64,000 nt of DNA from Cyanophora paradoxa CCMP329 (Eukaryota > Plantae > Glaucophyta). Position 1 is the first letter of the stretch; each line of letters begins with the position of its first letter. Shown here piece after piece: positions 23,949-34,318 of this stretch. The stretch is taken from positions 320,516 through 384,515 of the forward strand of contig QPMI01000117.1 in NCBI GenBank assembly GCA_004431415.1, written 5' to 3'. The translations under genes and the position numbers were made by a program. The notes below the pieces were generated by a model. That model ran no database searches. It was not told the DNA's origin and saw nothing but the letters and a program-made list of their open reading frames with translations.

Positions 23949-24808
23949 CTAGGCAGAGACCTCCGGGGCCCCGCACTCCAGAAGCTGCGGCGCGCGCGCG
24001 GGCCTCGATTCAGCGCGCCGCGACGTCGACGATTGCGCAGGGGGCCCGGGGGTGAAGGCGAGCGGGCGGACCACCGCGGCGGCCTCGAACTCGGCCTCCA
24101 GCCCAGCCTCGTCCATATCCGCCTCAAGCTCGGCTTCGTCGGCACTCACAATCTGCGGGCGCGCGCGGATCCGGAGGCGGGCGGTCGGGGGGCGGCCTGC
24201 ACGCCCACAGCCGCAGCACGTGCGCATGCGCGCACCTGAGCGTCCGAGTCGAGCTCCGCCCACTCGGTGTTCTGGGGCCAGTACCAGTTGCAATCTTTGT
24301 CCTTATTGAAGTTGAGCCCGAGCGAGCATCTGGCCTTGTTGAGCTGCTCGGCGCCCGAGTAGGTGTCGTCGTCGGTGCGATCGATTTCTCGGCAAATACC
24401 CCCGTCGCTTTCGACGGACTGCCAAGCACCGTACACGCCAACGAGCACATTGCACTTAGCTTCCGCTTGATCGAGGTTGTGCGCTTGAATTGAGAAGCCG
24501 AGGTTGTCGCCTGTCGTCCCATGCGTGCGTGAGACACATTACGAAGGAGCGAACCTGGCGTTGCCAAGTTGCACGCGCGCGTACGTACTTGTGCAGTCGG
24601 AATTGCTGTGGCACGTGTAAACGTCTACGGGATTTTTCCAGTCTGAAATACTGATTCTAGGCATCTTGGCCGACGGCTGCGCGCTGATGAACTTCGGAAG
24701 TTCGAAGGGACTGCGAGCGGGAGCGCTAGTTGCGCACTGCGGCAGCTGCTGGTCGAAGCACTGACCGGCGTGTGACCGCGGCGCTAGCCGCTCTCCAGTC
24801 GTCTCCAC
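23949..24808 (-). CDS. Cys-rich hypothetical gene fragment; 5' end abuts the transposon island
   Basis: Exons ...VYTCHSNSDCT..., GVYGAWQSVESDGGICR...DCNWYWPQ...DAQ|IVSADEAELEA...*. Confidence 0.45.
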
Positions 24809-25174
24809 TAGGCTACTATTAATGAATCATTGAATACCGGTATCAGTGCGCTCTCCAATTGCAACTACTAGTACAAGACTCTGAGAAGGCTCGAGTCCTA
24901 GCCTCCTACTAGGCTACTAGGCCTCCCGGAGTCCTAGCTATTGGCCTCGAGCCTCGCTCGAGCGCCGCGGCGTGCAGCCTGGCAGTGCGGCCAGTGCCGT
25001 GCACGTGCCGCAGACGTCGACTGGCCCAGCCTGGGCAGGCCCCAGAGGCCCCCAGTGGCCCGCAGTTTGAATTCCCGACCCCGACCGAGTCGCCACGGCG
25101 CCCGATAAATATTCGGGTTTGAATTCCCGATCGCGAATCGACATCCCGAATGATGGGCCGAATCCCGAAGGCGG

Positions 25175-25400
25175 AAAATTGCTGAGGCGACAAATTGCCG
25201 AATTCGCCCCAAATTAACCGGATCCGGAATTGCCGTGGCGATAACTTTAGTAACTTAGTAAATTGCAATTGCCGAATCCAGCTTCTGCTCTATGGCGGGC
25301 TATGAAAATACCTACCCCCAGCAACATTGCCGAGTCGTTACATTGCCGAATTCAGCGTCTCGGCAATTTGCGGCAATTTAAAGACCCGGCAAAATTCCGA
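25175..25400 (-). mobile_element. diverged inverted copy of the AATTGCCG-repeat MITE at 27634-27864
   Basis: Colinear similarity to the reverse complement of 27640-27855. TIRs not recognisable. Confidence 0.7.
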
Positions 25401-25942
25401 CCGTCGGAGTCGGTCGGACCCCCGGGGCCCGGGGGGCCGGGGCCCGGGGGGCCCGGTGACCCGGTCCCCGGTGACCGGTCCCGCCCGGAACGCCGCGGCC
25501 GGGAACGGTCCGACGGTCCGCGCGGACCGCGCCGCCGGCGCCGCCGCCCGCTTCGAATTCGGGGCCATTTCGGGCCGGCGGCGGCCCGGCCGGGCCGGCC
25601 TCAGGCCGCGGCCCGCGACTCCGGGCCGCGACTCCCGCGACTCCCGGGGCCGCGAGTCAGGCGGCCTGCGCGGCAGGCTGCGCCGCAGCCTGCGCCGCGC
25701 GCCCGGCCGCGGCGGCCTGCGCCGCCGCCGGGCGCCGGCGCCGCGCGCCGCGGCGCCGCCGGCCGCCGCCGCCGCCGCTGCCCGCCCGCGGCCGGCCCCG
25801 AATATTTCAATGATTTTTAAATCGGGATCCCGGGATTCCCGGCCCGGATTCCCGCCCAATTTCCCGGCCCGGGTTCAATCCGATCCCCCGATTTGAAGCG
25901 GCCGGCGCCCGGCCGCGGGCGTGGTCTTGGTACCAAGTTCTA

Positions 25943-26211
25943 CCGTAAAACACGATAATATGACGGTCAAACTTGAAATTTATGTCGTTATAAACACCGA
26001 CCCTTCTCTATGCGAAATATGACATCCCCAAATTACGTCGGCACGAAATTTTCAGGCTTGTATAGGGCGGAAAATTTGGGGGGGTAGCACTAAGCACGCC
26101 CTACTATGTCGCCCGGGACTCGCCCCCAAATTATGTCATCATGTCAAGTTTTCGGCGACATAATTTGGGGACGACATAATAAAGTGCAGACCTTAATATT
26201 CTGTTTTACGG
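25943..26211. mobile_element. Tc1/mariner(pogo)-type MITE
   Basis: TA|CCGTAAAACA ... TGTTTTACGG|TA, with internal AAATTATGTCG-like repeats. Confidence 0.85.
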
Positions 26212-26801
26212 TACCAACTCTTTCCTAGTTTTTACTTTCATACTCACCCCTGATTACGATTGGGCCCTCGAACCGGGATCTTCGGCTACTAGTACGTTTA
26301 AGTACCACTCTTAAAAACACGCTATAGGTCCGAGGAGTCTCTGTTCTAAAATTTTTCATCTATGTACCCCCTCAAACGGGGTCTTAGTACCAACTCTTTC
26401 CAAGTTTTTCTTTCCAAGGTCCCAGACTCCCAGAGTCCCAGTCGACGACTCGACGTCCAGCCTGTCAGTGATGGGCACTTTATTAATAAGTACTTATAAA
26501 AGTTTATTAATAACGTATTAATAATACGTTATTAGTAAGGTCCCGGAACAGCCATTCTTATTAATAACGTTTATTTGTTTGGGGGGGTACCTACACACAC
26601 ACCATTTCTTGCACTCTTTGACGAATCTGTGCATGCTAGAGCGATATAAAGCAGTTCGTTACACGTCATAAGCAGTTCTGCAGCTTGATATGATGCTCAT
26701 AAGCTGATCAGACGGCAGCTCCAGACCATCCAGTACCCCCTAGGTGGCACATTGACCCTTTTATTCGACCCCCAACAGATATAGAGGGCACTCGCAAAAG
26801 T

Positions 26802-26854
26802 CCTACTCCCGGAGTCCTGGACAGGCTGAGCCTGTCCAGGACTCCGGGAGTAGG
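26802..26854. repeat. perfect 53-nt palindrome (26-bp arms, 1-nt loop)
   Basis: CCTACTCCCGGAGTCCTGGACAGGCT-G-AGCCTGTCCAGGACTCCGGGAGTAGG. Confidence 0.95.
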
Positions 26855-27530
26855 GGTCCGGCCGGCCAATGAAAATTAAACTCGGCATTATGCCATAGTC
26901 AAAGTCGCAAAAGTCGGCATTATGCCAATGATAATGCCATGACCATGCCGGCATGGCTAGCCGCCAAGCCGCCGGCATACCTGCCGGCATGAAGGCATGC
27001 GCATAGCCTGGTCCCTGGCCCCCGGCATGAAGGCATGCACCCTGCGCATGCATGCCCGCTCATCTCTAGATCTAGATCTGCAGCGACGTCGACCGCGGCC
27101 GGCTGCCGCCGCCGCGCTGCGACGCGTGCTGCTGCGCATGCTACGCGTACGTGCGGCGTGCGCTGCGCATGCAGGCACTGCATGCGGCAGCTGCCTGGCA
27201 GCAGGCCTAGGCCGCATGCGCAGGCGCCGCGCCGCGCCGTGCAGGGGGGGCGTGCACTTGCCGGCGCGTGCCGGCGCGTGTCGGCGCGTACGCGTGCCGC
27301 TATGCTCGAGCTCCCCCAGGTGGGGGGGGCCGGCATGCATATGGGGGGGGGGGGCATACCGGCCGGGCAGGCCGGCATGACGGCTCTGGTTAGAGTCCGG
27401 CAGAGCCGGCGGCCGGCATGACAAGCCAAAAGCCGGCATAATGGCATGAGGGTCCAAGCCAAAGCATGACGGCCGCGGCCGGCCGGCATGGCCCATGATG
27501 GCCGGCGGCCGGACGTCGACCGGACCCCTA
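26851..27530. mobile_element. non-autonomous hAT element
   Basis: TIR TAGGGGTCCGG/CCGGACCCCTA, 8-bp TSD TCCGGGAG (26843-26850, 27531-27538), subterminal GCCGGCATG repeats. Confidence 0.88.
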
Positions 27531-27633
27531 TCCGGGAGTCCCGGACCCGGGGGCCGGGACTCCCGGCCCGCCGTCTCCCGGTCCCCGGAGTCCGGACATC
27601 GACTCCGCCTGGAGAGTCCGCCAGGCTCTGTTA

Positions 27634-27864
27634 CTGTAGGAATGCTTTTTTAGCCGATGTTTTAAATTGCCGTAAATTGCCGAGAGGCCGAATTCGGCAA
27701 TTTAGACTCACGGCAATTCTCAGGGGGTAGGGCTATAGCTAAACGACTGCTTTTGTATGGCGCCATAGAAAAGATCCAGAGTTTCGGCAATTTATCGCCA
27801 CGGCAATTCCGGTTTGGGTCGAATTCGGCAATTTAACTACGCGGCAATTTAAGCATCCCTACAG
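27634..27864. mobile_element. TA-flanked MITE (Tc1/mariner-type)
   Basis: TA|CTGTAGGAATGCTT ... AAGCATCCCTACAG|TA, with internal AATTGCCG/CGGCAATT repeats. Confidence 0.85.
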
Positions 27865-27869
27865 TAGTA

Positions 27870-28070
27870 CTGTTAGACGTTTGCCGCCCCCACCGCACCG
27901 TGCCCCACGCGATAGACGTGGTCAAAGATTGACGAGCTGTGTAGCGTTACTATGAGGCATTACTATGGTAGCTATAGCGCCCCGTCTACGACCGGTAATG
28001 ATGGTTTTAGTTAGACGAATCAACTCACTCGTCTATACGTATACTCGTCTAACTAAGAATCCGTCTAACA
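27870..28070. mobile_element. probable degenerate MITE
   Basis: TGTTAGACG ... CGTCTAACA ends with internal TAGACG/CGTCTA repeats. TA only on the left. Confidence 0.5.
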
Positions 28071-28176
28071 TTCTCGCCTTACTAAGTTACCGTATACGCA
28101 CACTGAGTCCCGGACTCCCCGTCCAGGAGTCCCGGAGGACCCGGACTCCCGGATCGGAGTCCCCGAGACTCCCGAG

Positions 28177-28954
28177 TAGGGCTGTCGTCAGTCACTGACA
28201 GTCACAGTCAGAGGGTCTGACTGACCTCACTGGGTCAGCTTTTGGCTGACTGACGTTTTCTCAGGCCGAAAACCGGATACGCTAGAGACGGTACTTTCTC
28301 AAGTCCCTCAATGCAAAAGAGCTGGTACTTTTTAACGACCGAAGGGGCCATGACATCATTTTTTTGGCACTTGGTCGCTTCGGTCGTTGGGCCCCTGACG
28401 CGGTTGCCATAGTAACCGCGTCAAAATTTTGAGCTCATCGCCTTGGTGACTGTTCGTGGAATCGAGCTCGATTCCAAGTCTCCACATTCCATGCTAGGTC
28501 CCGAGTTCGGAAAGAGACTTGGATAACCACCGAATCGGCCGGTATCCGGTTTTCGGCCTCAGTCCCATACAACACCCTGCTGGGAGCGCGTGCCCCCCTG
28601 TGGGCTTTTTCCCATCTAAAGCTGACGTGGGTCGACCAAAAAATGATCTTCTGTCGTCAAAATCTTCAAGAAACCGCCCATGTGCATGGTAAGAGGCTAA
28701 TGGAGTCTGACTTGCGCCTGGCGGGGGCCGAATCTCCTTTTCTCGTACTCTCTGCTCGCATAACGTGCCTGGCCTGATGCTTGGCAACTTGAATGAAGTA
28801 GATAGATCGCGCTTGGGTCAATTCCTGCCATTTCCTGGTCATTTTTCCCGGCTTTTGCACGGTAGCCTGACTGAACCTCGGGTTGACTGATTCAGTCACA
28901 GTCAGGGGGGCTGACGGACTGGGTCAGCCGGGGGACTGACTGACGACAGCACTA
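28177..28954. mobile_element. non-autonomous hAT element
   Basis: TIR TAG(G/T)GCTGTCGTCAGTCA, 8-bp TSD CTCCCGAG (28169-28176, 28955-28962), subterminal CTGACTGAC repeats. Confidence 0.9.
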
Positions 28955-29191
28955 CTCCCGAGTCCCGACTCCCGAGAGTCTGTTAAATGTTTGAGTCAGT
29001 GTACATGTTTGACACAGAAGCCTGACTCAGTGAACGGCCCTGAAGACGCGTACGGCAGGCGTCGGCAGCCTGGTCCGGCTGGCCGGGGCCGCCAGGCAGC
29101 GCTACCGTGTGACATAAAAATATGGCCGACACTGTGACAGGTTTATATCGTTATAAAACTTGACCCTTCTCTTGGTGAAATATGACGGTCC

Positions 29192-32100
29192 TCCAGTTTG
29201 CTGATGATACTGTTCCCCTTATTGCCTCCTTTGCGGAATTCCCCATTTGGGACGCTCTCATTAAGAAATTTCAACGGTTAACAGGGGCGAAAATTAATCT
29301 CGAAAAATCGCATATACTACCCATGCACTCAAATTTATCTCTTCCACCTGATTGTCCTTTTGAGCGTATGAAGGTTGATCCTTCTGAGATTTCCGCAGAT
29401 GCCAAGATCGCCAAATATCTCGGGTTCCCTCTGGAGCTAGTGCATGACCGGTTTTGGAATAAAAAGACTGCTGCTCTCGTTCTGCGCGCACAGTCAGTTA
29501 ACCGGAATCGGATGCCTCTACGCTCTGGTGTTTTACTTGCGTGGGCTGCTATTGTGGGATCACTACATTATCCGCTGTATATTTTAGAACCGGGAGGTGA
29601 TCGTTATAAAGCTTGGAGTAATTTAATCCGCAACTTTTCGGGTGTACGCGGCTCCGTATCTACATATGTTACGGCGCTTCCGTTTAAAGACGGTGGATTA
29701 AATTGCCCAGATATTGTTACGTTTTCGCTGGCTTTAAAATCTAAATGGCTTGCCTTCCTTAACGACCCGGCCTGTTCAGCTCCTTGGAAGGAATATATTC
29801 AATACCAAATAGACCGTCAGTTGGCTCCATTCTCTTATGCTAATGTCATTTTGGGGCTTGATGTGTCTGCCATCTTGCCAAGATTGCATTTGCCACCGCT
29901 TTGGCAGATGCTGTTTGAGGCGTGGCGAGATCGTCAAGCCGTTGCATCTCCTACAACCGTGCATCAAATTTTGACCCAGCCTATTTTTCTTAATCCTTTA
30001 TATGTTCTTCCTAGTGACATTGCAGCACAGACACATACTGCGTTTGCGAGAGCCGGTGTACAGCGCGTCGCTGACATTTGGGATGTACAGTTGCACCGAT
30101 TTCGTGCTCCCCCTGCAATGCTAGTTGATTATACTGCTGCCTTTGATCAAATTTGTCGTGCCCTGCCATCCAGTTGGCTTACAACGCTTACTGCTAATGC
30201 CGTACCGGAACGTTTCTTATGGTATAAATCGAAAGATGATAAATATGTGTATCTGAGGGGTCCCTCGGGCTTTTTTGTGGCCTTCCTCTTTTTGAAGGTG
30301 AGATTGTCCCACGGGTGTTGGATTTCGTCCCGTGGCCCCGTGGCCGCCCTCCAGATCCGCTCTTGTACCCTGGCGTACCAGCTGGCCTCTTGCCGCTTCA
30401 TGTGCTCTCCTCCCAGTATTTTATTTCTTTGCGCAGAGGTTCGCGTCCAATTCTGGTTTCGCTTGGCACGGGTTCGACAGCTACGCTTTCCTACAGCAAT
30501 TTTGCTTTCACATTCGATAAGATGCTCACGCTTCAGGGCTTTTCTGTTCGGCGCTTTTACCAGCTCGAGGTACAGCGACTGTGGCGGGTGCGGAGTAGGG
30601 CTAAGATGCCTTCAGAACACTGGGGTCTGGATCTCCCTCTTAATCGCGTGTCTCAGCTCGTCGCCCTTCGTGCCTTTCCTATGCTGTGGCTCGATGTCCT
30701 CTTCCGTCTCCGATATAAGGCTTTCCCATCTTTACAACGGCCGCCGGTCGCGGCTATTTTCTGCCGCGCTTGTAATGATGGGCAGCATCGTTCAGTGCGG
30801 CACGTTTTCTTTGATTGCCCTGTGGTGCAGGGTTTTTGGCGGGCCATGCATGCTGAGCTCACATCCTTAGCAGAGGCTTTGCCCGAGGACGTGCAGCCCT
30901 CTTTACCATTGCCTCCTATTACGTTCTCCGCTATTCTAGATCCACAAGTTCCCGGTGTTGCGGGGACATTGATCACATCTTCTGTGGATGCCGATTTCTG
31001 TGTTCGGTATCTCGGTTATATTTTGGCGGGCATTTACGCAATTTTTCAGCTGTCCCGTGCATATCTCTCACCCGATAATTTACTTGCTGAGCGGGTACCA
31101 GTGTACTCCGTTAATGCTCTGCTAAACCTGTGGAAACGTTTTCTGGATATTCTCGAGATTACGTTGCCTCCTGCTGTCGAGCGCATTGAGCTTCTTCGTT
31201 TACGGCATTTAGGGGAGGGCTCTGATTACGATGGTTCAAACCCTGAGTCACGTGACCGCCCTAGCCCCCCTCAATCTATTTTTGATGCGAGCTTCTTTTC
31301 TGTGCGCGGAGCTATCCCTCTACAGCGCTCGGGCCCCCAGCAGTCGCGGTCCCGGGCCCCCTGCAGTCGCTACCCCTAGGCCTGCTGCTACAGTTAATGG
31401 CGTCGGCGTGAATCCTCAAGTTCAGCACATTGCGAGGCCATCTGCTAGCGCTGATACAGCTTCGGTCCCGGCTCCCTCGAGTTCTCGTTTGAGCTCGTCT
31501 GCCGATGCTAGCGCTAGCGCCGCTTCTGCCTCCACATTAATATGCCCTATTTGTGGAAAGAACTTTCAGTCTTCTGCTGATCGTGACCGTCATGTTCGGG
31601 CTGATAAACATCCTGCTAACGCCCGTGGCGTTCGCCGACCTCGAACCCCCTCTAGTTCAGAGAATCCTCCAGATCCTGTGCCTCCTGCCCAGCGCCCCCG
31701 CCTCCAGTCTCCGGATCCGGCACCCCCAGTGCTTGCTCCAGCTCCTGCAGCTGCGGCTACATATGCCGAGCCCCGTCAGCCTGTTCCGACTTTGCGACGG
31801 ATTCGCTCCCCTGCACCCTCACCGTCGCCACCTGCTCAGCGGCTCCGTACTTCCCTGCCCCCCCTAGTCCTTCTCTGATACCTTCCGTTTCACGAATCCG
31901 CCGCCCCGGTCTCCGTCGAATTCAACCTTGCCTCCCGATGCCGATCCGTCCCTGTCCATGTGTCTCGGCGCCTGCGGCTTTCCTCTCCTGTACCTTCGGC
32001 TTCCCCTCTGGCTGTCCCGCCAGATCCACCTCGCCCGCCGGTTCCTGCATGGCCCCTTTGATTCATGATAGTCTTGTATCAATCTTCGCTTCACCTCAAC

Positions 32101-33036
32101 TTAGTTTACCCTCAGTTGTTTTGCCGTCACCTCCATCAGATGCTTCATCGATGTTAGTTAGGAGCACTGGCCCCCTCCACCTTCCAGTTCCTCGTGTATT
32201 CCATGCCTTCCCTGTACCTTTGATTCCGTTCCCTTTGTCGTTAGCTCTGCCTCTTCCTCCTCCATCTCTCACTGTTAGCCCTCAGGCAGTTCCGCCTCTT
32301 TATCTTCAGCGACCGTCAGACCGTATAGTTTTTGGCAGCGAGTATTTTGTGTATGGTGACGTTCCTCGTGTGTACCCTTCTCTCTCTTCTACTTCGCTAT
32401 ATTTGCCTCTCCCGCCTGGTTCAGCCCCATCGTCTGCCTTCCCTGTCACTACTGGCTTGCGTTTCGCCCCTCCTCTTATACTGCCGATTCCGAGTCTGCA
32501 CCCGAGCTCTGCCCCTTTCCTCGTGTCGTCCCAGTTCCTCAGATTAGTCTTCAGCCGTCCATTGTTTTACCAACTCTACAATCTCGATTCCGTTTAGACA
32601 CTCCGCCAGCTTCGACTTTCCCCTCTAGTGGTGTCCTACGTTTCGCCTCTCCTACTGTTCTACCGCCTTTGCCTCCTGCGACTACGTCTTCTAGTTCTGC
32701 TGTTAGCTCTGTCTTGTCGTCTTCGTCTAGATCTTCGTCTTCGACTGTAGTTCCTCGTGCTCGTTCTCCTTATTTGCTGCGTCCCCGTGCTCCTCGTCGT
32801 TCTAGTGTGACTAGTACTTCTGCATCGACGCTCTTGAGCTCTTCTACTCCTTCTCCTCGTGCTCGTTCTCCTTATCTTTTGCGTTCTTCTGATCGTGTCC
32901 CTTCTCGTGATCCCTCTTGATTCTGTATATATTTTGTGCTAGTTTACTGTATCTTTGATTTGTGATTGCTTTGTTGTCTTTAATATCACTACCTACGGGG
33001 GGTTCGCCCCACCGTAGTCTCTCAAAAAAAAAAAAA
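29192..33036 (+). mobile_element. 5'-truncated L1/Tx1-like non-LTR retrotransposon with frameshifted ORF2
   Basis: 15-bp TSD GAAATATGACGGTCC (29177-29191, 33037-33051), A13 tail (33024-33036), RT motifs FADD, GAKINLEKS, KYLGFPL, LPFKDGGLN, and zf-RVT CRAC...HVFFDCP..QGFW. Confidence 0.95.
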
Positions 33037-33235
33037 GAAATATGACGGTCCCAAATTATGTCGTCATGAAAGTTTCAGGCTTGTATGGGACGGTAAATTT
33101 AAAATTTGGTGGGCCGGGGTATCACTGAGCGTGCCCTTCTATGACGGTCCCAAATTATGTCGTTATTTCACGTCCGAAGCGACATAATTTGATCCCGACA
33201 TAGTAAAGTGCCCATCATATAATAGACTCATATTA

Positions 33236-33438
33236 CTGTAAATGTAGAAATTTTCGTTGAGACTTAATTTCGAGAAAACCGCGAATCCCCCATACTATAA
33301 TAGAATGGACAGCCGTTAGTACCGCTCTCCATACAAAATTTCAGTTCAAGAGTATCAAATATTCGTCAAACCGCAGGTCTGACCGTCGGACGATTATAGA
33401 CGAAATAAAGACGCTGTCGAAGATTCCTACGTTTACAG
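33236..33438. mobile_element. TA-flanked MITE nested in the 29105-33453 MITE
   Basis: TA|CTGTAAATGTAGAAA ... TTCCTACGTTTACAG|TA. Confidence 0.85.
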
Positions 33439-33643
33439 TATTGTGTTACACGGTAGCAGAGTGGCCCTGACTGCGCGAGGTTAACGTTGGCCGCGGCCTG
33501 CACCCGTCATTTCCGCGCCCTGCCCACGAGAATACACTTACAGTGGCCGCGGATCAGACGAGCTAGCGCGGCAGAGCAACTTGGCAACGCGTACCGTAGT
33601 ACGCAGCAGCCTGAGATCTAGAGCATACAGTTTCGTAGTCGAC

Positions 33644-34318
33644 ATGCCAGGGGAGACGAGGCTCACCACGTTCTCGAACGCGGACTGCACGGGGACCACG
33701 ACTTCTTCGACCTTTTCGGGGACGTTGACGAACGCAAAGATCACATCAGCTTGCAACAACAGCAATGTGTATGCTTACAAGGCGGAAGCGACCAAGACGG
33801 GAGGCACGACGCAGGTGAAACCTTTGATTTGCAAGTTGCGAAGCACGGGTCGGCGTCGCCGCTCACAACTACCGTCGTGTGCACATGCGCATGCGTGTAC
33901 GTAGGGGTGCACCATGTGGTACGCAGAGCAAAGCGGCGCTTGATCGGGGTGCTTCGTAATTATAAAGCTATATACATGACATGTCGCAGCACGAACAAGC
34001 CCCAGCCTCAGTACACGGTGAAGTTCTTCAAGAATCTCAACTGCACGGACTTCGATTGGTCGATGAGCTTCTATTTTGGTGATAACAACAACAACTCAAA
34101 GATCGATCTTCTCCATGACGAGGCCCCGCATACTTGCGTGCGCGCATTTCGAACGTCTGCATTCGAATTCGACCATTTCGCGCCGTCTTCCCAATATTAA
34201 TTGCAAACCGCGAACTGCTCAGACGAAATTCAAGCACGCGGCGTACACCATCGAACCTACGACCCCTGGCCTATCTGGGGTTGGTTGGTGCGTTGCGTTA
34301 CCTATAGACATTCGATGA
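33644..34318 (+). CDS. Thr/Cys-rich hypothetical gene fragment, possibly secreted
   Basis: Exon-like frames TTFSNADCTGTT...TTQ|, YTVKFFKNLNCTDFDWSM. Full model not resolved. Confidence 0.35.

Larger units (their letters stand above)
29105..33453. mobile_element. Tc1/mariner-type MITE related to 25943-26211, interrupted by a LINE and another MITE
   Basis: TA|CCGTGTGACA ... TGTTACACGG|TA. After removing the inserts it is colinear with 25943-26211. Confidence 0.85.

Noticed and set aside
24539-24541. In-frame TAA suggesting stop-codon reassignment
   Set aside because: It lies within a plausible 44-nt GT-AG intron, and conserved genes show no internal stops.
25400-25920. Extremely GC-rich ORFs on both strands
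   Set aside because: Low-complexity quasi-palindromic repeat DNA inside the transposon island.
29182-30870. 562-aa ORF as an intact reverse transcriptase
   Set aside because: The ATG comes from the TSD, the RT is truncated just before FADD, and the frame shifts at about 30260.
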